DNA of 64,000 nucleotides, from IMG/VR virus record IMGVR_UViG_3300025108_004281, positions 28,050 through 92,049 of that record. One strand, given 5' to 3'. Of this stretch, positions 32,281 to 41,968 are shown piece by piece. The first letter of the stretch is position 1. Every line of letters starts with the position of its first letter. The notes beneath the pieces were generated by a model, which worked only from the letters and a program-made list of their open reading frames with translations, searched no databases and was not told the origin of the DNA. Both the position numbers and the translations under genes were made by a program. This DNA is from a virus.

Positions 32281-32513
32281 TTAAAAACCTCAATAGTTGT
32301 TGTGTCGTTATGTTCATTAAAAAGAAAGTTTCTAGACTTTGTTACTTTCTTAACAGCACCTGCAACTCTATAATATGTAACTAGTTCTTGCTTAATAACA
32401 TCTTCACTTGCTATTGGATACAAACCATTTGCATTTGCATGATTAGTATCATCTGTATAATCGTCAGTTTCCTGTGCATCATACAGTTCATCAAATAAGT
32501 TACCTTGTTTCAT
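32277..32513 (-). CDS. Small acidic protein with N-terminal QGNLF motif
   Basis: AAGGA SD, sigma70 promoter, overlaps the clamp-loader start. Confidence 0.6.
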   Translation of the reverse strand: MKQGNLFDELYDAQETDDYTDDTNHANANGLYPIASEDVIKQELVTYYRVAGAVKKVTKSRNFLFNEHNDTTTIEVFK

Positions 32514-32559
32514 ATATATTCCTTTTGTGTATTATAAACTAAATGTAGATAAAAGTCAA

Positions 32560-33318
32560 CTATTTTTCGTAGCCAAAACATTCAAAATCTTCTTTCCAGT
32601 ATTCTGCAATTTTGTCTCTATTGTTGTTGTGATCTAATAATTGCATAAAGTCTGATGTTGTTCTATTATCGCTTGGGTGTCTAGCATGAAAATTATTTGC
32701 TTTATGTATTTTTGTTTCCTTGCCTATGATTAATTTAGACACTTCAGGCCAACGTTCTTGTAGTTCTTCTTGTTTTAAAACAAAATCAAAAAATTCTATA
32801 TTGGATGGTTCATTGTCTAGTATTGTATGTATCAAAGGTTCGTTTACCAATGTAACTTGCCACCAATGCCTTGCTTCATTGCCGCTCATGTAATCGCACA
32901 TCTCATCTAAGAAATATGTAAATGCTTCTATGTGCTTGTCCATATCATCAGTCATTTTATATAGAGACATATCAATTTGTGTAGAATGGTCTGCATTGGG
33001 TGGTGGTTGGTTAGGGTGATCAGGGTCACTTATGTTTACAGGAAAGTAAGGAGCATAATGCCAAATGTCTGCTAGATAACCTGCTACTACTCTTGAATAT
33101 GGATTACGACAAAAAGTTACTTTAGGTGCGGCTAGTATATCGTTTTCTACTACATCAAATAAATCATAATTAATAGACCAGTTGTCGCCTGACAAGTCTA
33201 AATAATTTTCTCTACCAATGTATGCTTCAAGCCAGACATTTAATGAGTTTGAACCGCAACGTCTACCTTTAACAAACACAAAAGGGTATGCTTGTTTTTT
33301 GCCAATCAGGATTTCCAC
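32560..33318 (-). CDS. Sulfotransferase-like protein
   Basis: RRCGSNSL (5'-PSB-like), RNPYSRVVAGY (3'-PB-like), C-terminal DFECFGY. Confidence 0.7.
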   Translation of the reverse strand: MEILIGKKQAYPFVFVKGRRCGSNSLNVWLEAYIGRENYLDLSGDNWSINYDLFDVVENDILAAPKVTFCRNPYSRVVAGYLADIWHYAPYFPVNISDPDHPNQPPPNADHSTQIDMSLYKMTDDMDKHIEAFTYFLDEMCDYMSGNEARHWWQVTLVNEPLIHTILDNEPSNIEFFDFVLKQEELQERWPEVSKLIIGKETKIHKANNFHARHPSDNRTTSDFMQLLDHNNNRDKIAEYWKEDFECFGYEK

Positions 33319-33560
33319 TATCTTTTTCTTTTAAGTTGATGTTCTATTTCTTTTTTTCTATGCTCGTGTAAGAATATATCTTCATCTACATAAGTAGGTG
33401 CATTGTCTAATGCCTTTTTGGCTTGGAAGTAAACTTCATAAATCTTTTTCTTACAACCCCAACCATTAAAGCCATCTATGTTTGGGTCGTGCATTACTCC
33501 TTCCCATTGCCATAGTTGTTCTGCTATTGCTCTGTTACCTGTCTTTTCAATGTACGGCAT
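33318..33560 (-). CDS. Hypothetical protein
   Basis: 80 aa, coupled to neighbours. Confidence 0.65.
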   Translation of the reverse strand: MPYIEKTGNRAIAEQLWQWEGVMHDPNIDGFNGWGCKKKIYEVYFQAKKALDNAPTYVDEDIFLHEHRKKEIEHQLKRKR

Positions 33561-33807
33561 GTGCTTTCCTCAATTCTTTATTCTTAAACCAAACCCTTAC
33601 AAAATATTTTCTTGTAATGGCAACTAAAGTAAACCAAAATGTTAGGAATACCGAAGTCCAAAAGATTATATCTCCTTCGCTATCTAAATTAGGTATGAAT
33701 GTTCTATTGGCAATGTACAATAGCAACATGTTCAGCGGAAAGTTAATAACTAATGCTAATGCTGTATCGCCTAGTGATTCTTTTAAGGACTGTGTATCTA
33801 TACTCAC
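33547..33807 (-). CDS. Small 2-TM membrane protein
   Basis: Two hydrophobic helices, RKYFVRVWF. Confidence 0.65.
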   Translation of the reverse strand: MSIDTQSLKESLGDTALALVINFPLNMLLLYIANRTFIPNLDSEGDIIFWTSVFLTFWFTLVAITRKYFVRVWFKNKELRKAHAVH

Positions 33808-34343
33808 ACTTCACCAGATTCAGTATAAATTTCTTGTTTAGCAGTCTGTTTAGCAGTATAAACTCTTTGATCATCTCTTAGTGAAGATGTGACTTGCTGG
33901 CTTTCATAGTATTCTGTTGGCAGTACACTTCCTGGGAAATACCCTAGTACACCGTCATGATAGTCTACTTTCCAAAACATAAATTTATCATTGTATCTGG
34001 CTCCTGAAGAAACATGTTTGTCTACATCTTCAGGCATCACACCAATCGTTTCTGAGAGTTGCTCTCTGTATTCATCAATTGGTAATTGTATATTAGGAGT
34101 CCATCTACCGTGTTTAACTACTACCCAGTAGCCTGGTTTAAGTTCGTCGCCAAACTTTTCTCTGATAGTTGGACCTACACTAAAAACTTGGAACCATCTG
34201 CTTCTAACACCTGATTCCTTGCTGTCATCGTTTGGTATAATAATACCACTGGCTAATTTCTTCTCACCGAAGTCGCCATTTATACATAAAAGGTTGTCAC
34301 CTATTGCTTTTAATCTATGCATCGTCTTCCCAGTCGTCCTCAA
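33804..34343 (-). CDS. GroES-like co-chaperonin with insertions
   Basis: LKAIGDNLL...EKKLASGIIIP mobile loop, VFSVGP. Confidence 0.6.
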   Translation of the reverse strand: MRTTGKTMHRLKAIGDNLLCINGDFGEKKLASGIIIPNDDSKESGVRSRWFQVFSVGPTIREKFGDELKPGYWVVVKHGRWTPNIQLPIDEYREQLSETIGVMPEDVDKHVSSGARYNDKFMFWKVDYHDGVLGYFPGSVLPTEYYESQQVTSSLRDDQRVYTAKQTAKQEIYTESGEV

Positions 34344-34836
34344 ATATTGGCACCATTTCTATATCTCCATTGGGCAGTTCCACCTCCTTATACCCTATTG
34401 GTTCTTTGCTTTGTGCCTGTGCTTTTGATTTTGCAACCTGTGTTTTAGTAAGTTCTTCTACATCTTTTTCTTCTTGCATTTTAACTTCTTGTTTTACAGG
34501 TTCTTCTTTAACTACTGGGTCCGGCTGTATTTTAGCCTCTGACTTGCCTGTTGCGGCAGTTTTGACTTCTGGTGATAAATCAGAAGGTTCTGCATTTACA
34601 CCACTAAAGGATGGTTGTGCATTTTTAATACTAACTTGGCCAGACTCAGAACCATCAACATTCTTATAATGATCTCTTGCTCTTTGATCTGCTGTTTTGA
34701 TAATTTGGCCACCTGGTCCGATGAGGTCACCTTTACCATTTACGGGCATGTTGCCAATAGCAGGAGCATCGCCTTGCTGAGCAATAATAGATTCCATATC
34801 TATGACTTTGCCTTTGCTTGTTAAATGTTTACTCAT
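34315..34836 (-). CDS. Hypothetical protein
   Basis: 173 aa, IGNMPVNGKGDLIGPGG motif. Confidence 0.65.
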   Translation of the reverse strand: MSKHLTSKGKVIDMESIIAQQGDAPAIGNMPVNGKGDLIGPGGQIIKTADQRARDHYKNVDGSESGQVSIKNAQPSFSGVNAEPSDLSPEVKTAATGKSEAKIQPDPVVKEEPVKQEVKMQEEKDVEELTKTQVAKSKAQAQSKEPIGYKEVELPNGDIEMVPIFEDDWEDDA

Positions 34837-35365
34837 CTTTTAAAAATTCCTTAATGTCTAAATTGTATTTAAGGCTATCAACTTTGTGTATGCCTATTAA
34901 GTATAATACATAACTTGCAACACTACTACCTCTACCAACACCCCAAACAATCTCATGTTTTCGCATGGTATCAATAATATATATCAATGCCCTTAGAATA
35001 GGATATAGGTTCCTGGCCCTATACAGTTCTAATTCATCTACTACTCTATTTATTTGATCTTGGGTGGGTTCGGGTGGTAGTTTATGGACAACATATTGAT
35101 CGATATCTATATCTTTATAGTGATCTGGAATCATCCATTGTGATTGCATACTGGTATGATATGTATCTACGTCGATGCCCATGTTGGCTAACAGTTGTAA
35201 TGGATTTATTTCCAGTTCATTGCAATTACTATTAAAAGTGTTTACGTCTTCAGTAGATATAAAGTCAATGCCTTCTAGCACTTTGTTGTTATACAGCAAC
35301 TCAATGCCAACGTTTTCGCAGTTTTGACTTCTACTGAACTTATCTAAACGATCTTTGGTTTCCAT
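34829..35365 (-). CDS. Stand-alone DNA polymerase III alpha (DnaE) fragment
   Basis: VWGVGRGSSVASYVLYLIGIHKVDSLKYNL matches the DnaE GRGS palm segment; ends at EFLK. Confidence 0.8.
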   Translation of the reverse strand: METKDRLDKFSRSQNCENVGIELLYNNKVLEGIDFISTEDVNTFNSNCNELEINPLQLLANMGIDVDTYHTSMQSQWMIPDHYKDIDIDQYVVHKLPPEPTQDQINRVVDELELYRARNLYPILRALIYIIDTMRKHEIVWGVGRGSSVASYVLYLIGIHKVDSLKYNLDIKEFLKDE

Positions 35366-36084
35366 GATTTCTTTTTGTATTCATCTAAATTAATAATTTC
35401 GCCTGTGTCTTTTGATTCTGGATTAAGTATTGTTCTAACTTTGTTTTCAATTGTGTCAAACGGTTCTGTTACATGATGTTGCGTGTTTTCAAAATGGTTT
35501 GCCATAAAGTTATCATATTCTTCTTGATCTTTTGCACTACCATCGTATGTGGATATGTCATTTCTAAACCACCATGGTATTTCATTGAACTTTATACCAT
35601 CTATCATTGTGTCCATGCTAGGCAAATACTCATAATTTAACTCATCATCTGTATAAGTATAACTGGTTTTTGTTCGTAAGTCAATGATTTCTACATTACC
35701 TATGTAACAATGCTCTGTGATTGCATTAAACTTAGAGTGTAAAACTATATTTAAACATGCATCGCCAGTGTTAGGAACATAAACTAAAGGATTATCTAAG
35801 TCCATACAATTCTTTAAAACAAAATTAGCACCTCCTGGATCAAATACTAATGAATTATCAAATACTGCTTCTAGCATAAAATTCATTTTGTGATAGTTTA
35901 GTGAATGATAGTATGAAACATCTTTTTCTTTAAAGCCATCTTCTGGTAGTAGTGTAAATTCAATATTGATTGTGTATGGTATTATATCTAAAGAGTACAT
36001 AGTATCTTCTGTACTAGATAATACTTTCATCATATAGATATCTTTTGTTATTTTAGTGTAATTATTTCTTGTTGTTATAAACAT
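35344..36084 (-). CDS. Hypothetical protein
   Basis: 246-aa ORF overlapping neighbours. Confidence 0.65.
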   Translation of the reverse strand: MFITTRNNYTKITKDIYMMKVLSSTEDTMYSLDIIPYTINIEFTLLPEDGFKEKDVSYYHSLNYHKMNFMLEAVFDNSLVFDPGGANFVLKNCMDLDNPLVYVPNTGDACLNIVLHSKFNAITEHCYIGNVEIIDLRTKTSYTYTDDELNYEYLPSMDTMIDGIKFNEIPWWFRNDISTYDGSAKDQEEYDNFMANHFENTQHHVTEPFDTIENKVRTILNPESKDTGEIINLDEYKKKSWKPKIV

Positions 36085-36391
36085 AATGTTGTGCTAGTAA
36101 TTTTGTAATTGCTGTTTGTCTTAATTCTTCTTTAACTTCCTCAGGTACAGGATCAGGTTGTACTTCCATTTCACCTTCGCCTATTTCGTATACACCGACA
36201 CCCTCTTCTATATCTTTTTTTGCCATGTTCAATTGAATACGTTCTCTATATTCAAATCTTGCTTCGTTAATATACTCTTCTAACTGTCTGAAAGCAGGAT
36301 AGTTTGGATTAGCAGTAAGTAACTTCTTAGACAAATCGTCTATGTGAGTAAGAAGTTCCTCATCATTGTATTTGCTAAAATCATTAAACAT
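36062..36391 (-). CDS. Hypothetical protein
   Basis: 109 aa, operonic. Confidence 0.65.
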   Translation of the reverse strand: MFNDFSKYNDEELLTHIDDLSKKLLTANPNYPAFRQLEEYINEARFEYRERIQLNMAKKDIEEGVGVYEIGEGEMEVQPDPVPEEVKEELRQTAITKLLAQHYVYNNKK

Positions 36392-36674
36392 TTTTTACTT
36401 TTAAAAGATACTTAGTGTAAGCCATTTTATCTTTGAAACCTATCTGTCTTCCCCTAATCATTACATCATATATCTTTAATTTTTCTTTTAAACAAAACTC
36501 TCTAGACAATTTATGATGTGCCTTATTATTTATAGGTGCCTTGTACTTAAAGGACTCCCATAGTGAATTCATACCAAAGGTTCTTTCTTCTAATGTAGGG
36601 TCAAGTTTACCAAAGATTATATTGCTTTCTTCGTCAGAGTATACTTGGTTCAGTGGTTTCGTAGAATTTGTCAT
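36384..36674 (-). CDS. Hypothetical protein
   Basis: 96 aa, operonic. Confidence 0.55.
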   Translation of the reverse strand: MTNSTKPLNQVYSDEESNIIFGKLDPTLEERTFGMNSLWESFKYKAPINNKAHHKLSREFCLKEKLKIYDVMIRGRQIGFKDKMAYTKYLLKVKNV

Positions 36675-37464
36675 AGTTTGTTTGACTTAATGTATTAAAT
36701 GCAAAACGTTGGCTAAAAATCATATCTAAGTTTGGTAAAGCATTCTTTACACAAAACTCAATAGCAAAGTTTTGATTTCTACCGCCAATTGATAGTTGAT
36801 AATTGTTAATAATACTTTCGTTAAATCCTGCAGGTAGTTTGTAATTATTCAGTTTAGATCTTCCTGGATTTACAATGTTATAGTCCTCAAAAGACAGTTG
36901 TGACCTGAGGTGTTTAATGTCTTTTACGCCTACATACGCCGTCTGTATTGCATTGTTTTCTGCTTCAACGAACTTTATAATACTTCTGCTATTAGAACTG
37001 GTTAATAAAGTGTATTTTTCTTCTTGCTCTAGTATTTGCCATTCCCAATTAGCCATATAAAAGTCTATGGTTTCTTGCATATTATTAGTATGATACACTA
37101 ACCCATAAAAATTAATTAACTCACTGGGGTCACGTGTTACGTTTCTTCTATCAAAGGAATCATTTAAATAAGACTCCATTGCATGTTCGCCTGCCACAGT
37201 TAATGAGAAACCATTAGGATCTTCTAACTCTTGAAACCCATCTGGTTCATCACTAAAAAAGCCTAATCCATATACACCGCTATTCTCGTTAATTACAGTT
37301 TTTACATGCAGTATAACACCGCCGGCGGTATGCCATGAAGACACATCTTCTAGGCTTTCGTTTGCTTGTCTGAATCCTAATGATAGAAAGTTATCAAATA
37401 TATCAGGATCTTGTATAGAATTTTTATACTTTAGAAATGTTAAATCAATCGATGGTTTTGTCAT
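36634..37464 (-). CDS. VOC/glyoxalase-fold-like protein
   Basis: FLSLGF and NMQETIDFY repeat-like VOC elements; GAGGAG SD before MTKPSID. Confidence 0.45.
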   Translation of the reverse strand: MTKPSIDLTFLKYKNSIQDPDIFDNFLSLGFRQANESLEDVSSWHTAGGVILHVKTVINENSGVYGLGFFSDEPDGFQELEDPNGFSLTVAGEHAMESYLNDSFDRRNVTRDPSELINFYGLVYHTNNMQETIDFYMANWEWQILEQEEKYTLLTSSNSRSIIKFVEAENNAIQTAYVGVKDIKHLRSQLSFEDYNIVNPGRSKLNNYKLPAGFNESIINNYQLSIGGRNQNFAIEFCVKNALPNLDMIFSQRFAFNTLSQTNYDKFYETTEPSIL

Positions 37465-37609
37465 TGTCCTGCTCCTCAGCAGTATCACAAGACTGGCAAC
37501 AATCAGGTGTACCGCACTTATCGTGAAGTACCCCGTCTTCGTCGTAGCCTTCTTTGTTTACTTTTTTAGGTGTATAGACTTGAGGTTTAAATTCTTTTAA
37601 TAGATCCAT
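37445..37609 (-). CDS. 54-aa Cys-rich protein (HDKCGTPDCCQSC)
   Basis: Not in track; GATAAATA-N5-ATG start; likely metal-binding motif. Confidence 0.65.
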   Translation of the reverse strand: MDLLKEFKPQVYTPKKVNKEGYDEDGVLHDKCGTPDCCQSCDTAEEQDNDKTID

Positions 37610-37629
37610 ACAGATATTTATCTGTTTTA

Positions 37630-38220
37630 CTATGGACGTTTATCAACAATCTCGTCTATCAACCCGTAATCTAACGCCTCATTGGCTGTCATAAAATTAT
37701 CACGTTCTATGTCAGCATTAACCTCTTCAAAGGTTTTTCCTTTGCTGTTATGTTTTACATAGATCTCAGTTAATTCTGTTCGCATTCTGCGTATTTCTTG
37801 TGCGGCAATTTCGATATCTGATTGCTGTCCTCTTGCACCACCACTTGGCTGGTGTATCATATGTCTTGCTTTTGGTAGCATAAATCTTTTACCAGGTGCT
37901 CCTGCTGTTGCAAGTAGACTGCCCATACTACATGCCTGCCCCATAACAATAGTTGACACATCTGGTTTGATATATTGCATTGTGTCATACATTGCCATAC
38001 CAGCAGTAACTACGCCACCTGGTGAGTTAATATAAAAATTAATATCTTCTGTACTGTCTTCTGCTTCTAAGAAAAGTAACTGAGCACAAATACTATTTGA
38101 TACCTGATCGTTTACTTCGCCATTTAAAAATACAATTCTTTCTTTTAATAATCTGCTGTAGATGTCGTAACTACGTTCGCCACCTGCTACTTTTTCTACT
38201 ACATAAGGTATAAAATTCAT
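37630..38220 (-). CDS. clpP: ClpP protease proteolytic subunit
   Basis: [37 protein letters not shown]. Confidence 0.96.
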   Translation of the reverse strand: MNFIPYVVEKVAGGERSYDIYSRLLKERIVFLNGEVNDQVSNSICAQLLFLEAEDSTEDINFYINSPGGVVTAGMAMYDTMQYIKPDVSTIVMGQACSMGSLLATAGAPGKRFMLPKARHMIHQPSGGARGQQSDIEIAAQEIRRMRTELTEIYVKHNSKGKTFEEVNADIERDNFMTANEALDYGLIDEIVDKRP

Positions 38221-38228
38221 TGTTGCTC

Positions 38229-39359
38229 CTAGTTAATATCTCCCCACCTTCTTTTGTCAGGCGGAAATGCTTTGTAATTATTTATAGATTCGTATTTTTG
38301 ATCTGGTACCATTTTGATGATATCAGGAAAAGTGTTTTCTATAATAACTTTGTGTATTGTACTACAAAATGTTTGTTGCGTCAAGTCATCAATAGACAAA
38401 CCCAACATTAATTGTGGTATCTCAGGAACTCGCCATGGCGATATTATATTGTGATAGTCAATAGATAGTATTTCTTTGTTATGCAATATTTGATTTAGTA
38501 CAAATTTCTTTGCTTCTGTTATATCTGTGCCTTCGTATATAGGAAAGTCGTCTGGTATAGTTTCACTAATATGAAAGTTATACAGATAAGAATTAGGGTG
38601 TTTATTTAATTCTTCATGATAATCTAAGCCAAAGCAATTCATTATAGAAGTAGCATGGTGCGGAAACCTTAATGTTTCAATGCCTCCTACGAATCCAGTT
38701 AGCATTGCTGTAAAAGGCTCACTGACTATACATTCTTTGTATGCAATATATCTGTTTAAGTATTCATTATATAATGGTGTTCTATAATTCTTTGTGTGTA
38801 TTTTAACAAGGTCGGGTATTTCTAATCCACTTGTAGAATAATTTATTGATATAGGAAATTTATATTTTTTAATTATTGCTAGGACTACTGCTGTATCTAG
38901 TCCGCCACTAAAAAACAATGCAGATTTATTATACTCAGAACAGGCAGATGAAATTCTTTCTGCTATTTTTTCTTCTATAATTTTTGCGGCTGTTTCAAAT
39001 GTAATATCTTCAAATCCAAAATCAGGAATAATTGATTCAGTAAAATGTGATTGGCCGTCATATTTAAAATGATCTATACTGCAAGGTGTGTTATTATCAT
39101 AGAAACAATAATTATTAGTTAATAACAGTCCTGTGTCATTATTAAAATATGTTTTACTTTGATGATATAAAGGCATAGATATATCTATTGAGCCATCTAC
39201 AATATCAATTTTTACATACTCATACTTGAAACCTTTGTAAAAACCTGTGTCAGTAGTCTCCCAGTAACCATCTAGATACAAACATATATCGTCATTCTCA
39301 TACTGACATGTTAAGAATTTTGGTTTAGGATAATCTTTTTTAGCAAGTAAGAATATCAT
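38229..39359 (-). CDS. Asparagine-synthetase-like PP-loop protein
   Basis: FSGGLDT PP-loop in the C-terminal half. Confidence 0.55.
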   Translation of the reverse strand: MIFLLAKKDYPKPKFLTCQYENDDICLYLDGYWETTDTGFYKGFKYEYVKIDIVDGSIDISMPLYHQSKTYFNNDTGLLLTNNYCFYDNNTPCSIDHFKYDGQSHFTESIIPDFGFEDITFETAAKIIEEKIAERISSACSEYNKSALFFSGGLDTAVVLAIIKKYKFPISINYSTSGLEIPDLVKIHTKNYRTPLYNEYLNRYIAYKECIVSEPFTAMLTGFVGGIETLRFPHHATSIMNCFGLDYHEELNKHPNSYLYNFHISETIPDDFPIYEGTDITEAKKFVLNQILHNKEILSIDYHNIISPWRVPEIPQLMLGLSIDDLTQQTFCSTIHKVIIENTFPDIIKMVPDQKYESINNYKAFPPDKRRWGDIN

Positions 39360-39895
39360 CTTCCCTCAATAGACCAGTGTTGATAAACACCTTGCACACA
39401 TACTGCTTGATAATATGCGTCTTCGTCTGCACTATGAAGATTTTGTTGTATGGCTTTACGAGGATCAACAGGCATCATATTAAATATAGTTCTGCAATCC
39501 ATTACCTGCCAGAAGGCCCAATTCATGTGATGACCAAACTGCTTGTACAAATTTTCTAATATTACCATATCGAACTGCGGGCCTTGACACCATATTTTAT
39601 CAACACCCACTAAATATTTATTGAGATCTTTAAAGAATTGATCTAAAGTAATTCTGTTGTCTTCTGTGAATGCTTCGTCTTGAATGTGTTGCGGTTGTCC
39701 TGCCCACCATTTGAGTGTGTCGTCTAACACACTACGATCAGCATCCATCTGTTCGTCAGCACTTGGACGCCATAATGTTTTAGCATGTGGGTCTGTTAGT
39801 TTATATGGATCAAATTTTACTGCACCCACAGATAGTACAACACAATCAGGCTCAGTGCCTAGTGTTTCTATATCTATCATCGCATGTGTGGCCAT
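39356..39895 (-). CDS. DEDDh 3'-5' exonuclease (RNase AS/exonuclease A-like)
   Basis: MIDIETLG, QGPQFDM, DCRT, HSADEDA. Confidence 0.85.
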   Translation of the reverse strand: MATHAMIDIETLGTEPDCVVLSVGAVKFDPYKLTDPHAKTLWRPSADEQMDADRSVLDDTLKWWAGQPQHIQDEAFTEDNRITLDQFFKDLNKYLVGVDKIWCQGPQFDMVILENLYKQFGHHMNWAFWQVMDCRTIFNMMPVDPRKAIQQNLHSADEDAYYQAVCVQGVYQHWSIEGR

Positions 39896-39931
39896 AAGAT
39901 TACTCCAGTAAAGTAATATTATATGGAATTT

Positions 39932-40561
39932 TTATAGAAAAGTCAAGTCTTTTTCGCTTAACCAAGTGATAAATGATCTGCGTTCGCCAGAAGTGACTTC
40001 AGTAATTTCATGTGGAACATGACCGCCATTAAATAAACACACAAAACCTTTTTGCTTAGGAATAATCCAATCACCTATTACAACATCGCCACCAGTGTAA
40101 TCGCTTTCATCAGACAACTGAATAATCAATGTCCATTGGCGTTTTTTAAGTATTTCGGTATCTCCTGAATCAATGTGGTTCCTTAAGAAGTCACCTGTTT
40201 CATACCTAATAACCTTTGCCCACTGATCAAAATTACCGCATATCCAATGATCTAATTTACTTTTTAAAAAGTCCCTACCAGTAATAACAGTATCACCAAA
40301 GTAAGAATTTGAATGAGTATCGCCAAGATCAACTATAGTTTCGGTTCTTTTGCTCATATCTGGTCGATATTTTTCGTCAACATCAACTATTTTATCGCCT
40401 TCCATAGCAATATTAAATACAGTTGCTTGATGAAATGGATCTTTAGGGAATTGATTATAGATAATATCACACTCTTCTGGTGTAAATATTTGACCTTGTA
40501 CTCTATTAAGAACTCTACGCTCAGGATTATGTTTAAAAAATTCCTCTTTAGAGGTAAACAT
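39932..40561 (-). CDS. 2OG-Fe(II) oxygenase (prolyl-4-hydroxylase-like)
   Basis: RYETGDFLRNHID, LSDESDYTGG, HEITEVTSGERRS. Confidence 0.85.
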   Translation of the reverse strand: MFTSKEEFFKHNPERRVLNRVQGQIFTPEECDIIYNQFPKDPFHQATVFNIAMEGDKIVDVDEKYRPDMSKRTETIVDLGDTHSNSYFGDTVITGRDFLKSKLDHWICGNFDQWAKVIRYETGDFLRNHIDSGDTEILKKRQWTLIIQLSDESDYTGGDVVIGDWIIPKQKGFVCLFNGGHVPHEITEVTSGERRSFITWLSEKDLTFL

Positions 40562-41460
40562 TAATTGTCCTCGTATTCGAGTTCGTCAATTTTGTTTTGA
40601 ATGTCGCGGATTGCGTCTTCGAATGGTTCTTCTAATTGATATATAGCAGACTCTAAATCATTCTTTAGTTCTAATACTTTGCTTTCATCGTATTTGTCTA
40701 ACTCTAAGCCTACATCTTCTGCTACACCGGCCAACTTAGATATAATTTCAATGTGTGTATCCACATACTTAATATCTCTAGTAATGTTTCTTGCCATACC
40801 TAATGCACCTTCTAACTTATAAAGTTTATCTTCTAGTGTGCTAATTTCTTCCTGGCTTTCAGTAATTTGTAATTCAGGTATAGCAATGTATACACCATCA
40901 ACTGAAATCTTAACATCTTCAGGTTTAAGAGGACTAACACCTTGTTGTACAGGATTTATTAATCTTTTTGCTTTGTCTTTAGCAAATGCTAAATCCTTAC
41001 CTGAATAGGCTGGCAACCAATCAGTTTGTTTATTAGGTAAAGTAATTCTTGCCATTACTTTGATTTCTGGTGCTGGCTTACCAAACTTGTCTCTAGCATC
41101 AATGATATCACCTTCATAAATGCCGTCTTTGACTGAACCTACTTTTGCTTTCTTTTTCTTCTTCTTTTTCTTTTTGCCTGGAGGACTCCAGTAACCGCCA
41201 TAGCCTACAAAGAAACCGCCTCGTGATGTAGTTGGCTCTGAAGAAGTGGAGTCAGCGGATGAAGTTGTGCCACTGTCGCCAGTGCTACCTCCGTCTGCAG
41301 ACCCACCGTCTCCACTTGAACCTGTTGCACTACCACCAGCAGATGCACCACCAGAACCACCTGCGGCTCCGCCGCCTGCTCCAGCACCGCCTCCGCCGCC
41401 ACCGGCTTCTGCGTCTAGCCTCTTTTTATGCAAGGCTTCTATGACTTCTTTATAGTTCAT
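40561..41460 (-). CDS. Gly/Ser-rich, poly-Lys, coiled-coil protein
   Basis: Low-complexity G/S tract, K9 run, acidic coiled-coil tail. Confidence 0.65.
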   Translation of the reverse strand: MNYKEVIEALHKKRLDAEAGGGGGGAGAGGGAAGGSGGASAGGSATGSSGDGGSADGGSTGDSGTTSSADSTSSEPTTSRGGFFVGYGGYWSPPGKKKKKKKKKAKVGSVKDGIYEGDIIDARDKFGKPAPEIKVMARITLPNKQTDWLPAYSGKDLAFAKDKAKRLINPVQQGVSPLKPEDVKISVDGVYIAIPELQITESQEEISTLEDKLYKLEGALGMARNITRDIKYVDTHIEIISKLAGVAEDVGLELDKYDESKVLELKNDLESAIYQLEEPFEDAIRDIQNKIDELEYEDN

Positions 41461-41461
41461 C

Positions 41462-41773
41462 TTAGTATGTTGCGTCTAAGGTTTCTATTTCTTCTCTAGT
41501 TAGATCTGAATCTGCTAAAGTACTTGCATCGTATCCAGTTGCTTTGTGCAATGTTCCATTTTCAATATGCTCAAAGTACTGTGTAATAGTACCACTAACG
41601 TCTCTGCAAAAAATACACTTGTATTCTGTTTCATCAACGGGTGTATTACCAGTTGCCGCTGGTGTTTCTTTAGCGGCCGCTAATGCTACATCAGGGTCTA
41701 CCCCTTTTGCAACCATGTCATCTCTAATCTTTTGCCATGTATCTAATGGCGTTGCTAATGTATAGTGACTCAT
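41462..41773 (-). CDS. Hypothetical protein
   Basis: Start MSHYTLATP after GAGG SD, right after the upstream stop. Confidence 0.65.
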   Translation of the reverse strand: MSHYTLATPLDTWQKIRDDMVAKGVDPDVALAAAKETPAATGNTPVDETEYKCIFCRDVSGTITQYFEHIENGTLHKATGYDASTLADSDLTREEIETLDATY

Positions 41774-41774
41774 C

Positions 41775-41939
41775 TTATTCCTCTTTATAAATTGTCCAGG
41801 CACCATATGCAATCATGCCCCAACCTATTAAACTTGTTGGTATTAGTATCATTACAATACCACCACCTATTAGGACTGCACCGTCCCAACTGGTTCTCTC
41901 TTGTGTTCTGTCAAATATCCAATCTTTAAGTTTATCCAT
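41775..41939 (-). CDS. 54-aa membrane peptide (RTQERTSWDG motif)
   Basis: Not in track; AGGAG SD, late promoter 41962-41969, two hydrophobic segments. Confidence 0.7.
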   Translation of the reverse strand: MDKLKDWIFDRTQERTSWDGAVLIGGGIVMILIPTSLIGWGMIAYGAWTIYKEE

Positions 41940-41968
41940 TTTGATCTCCTATTTGTAATAGTATTTAT

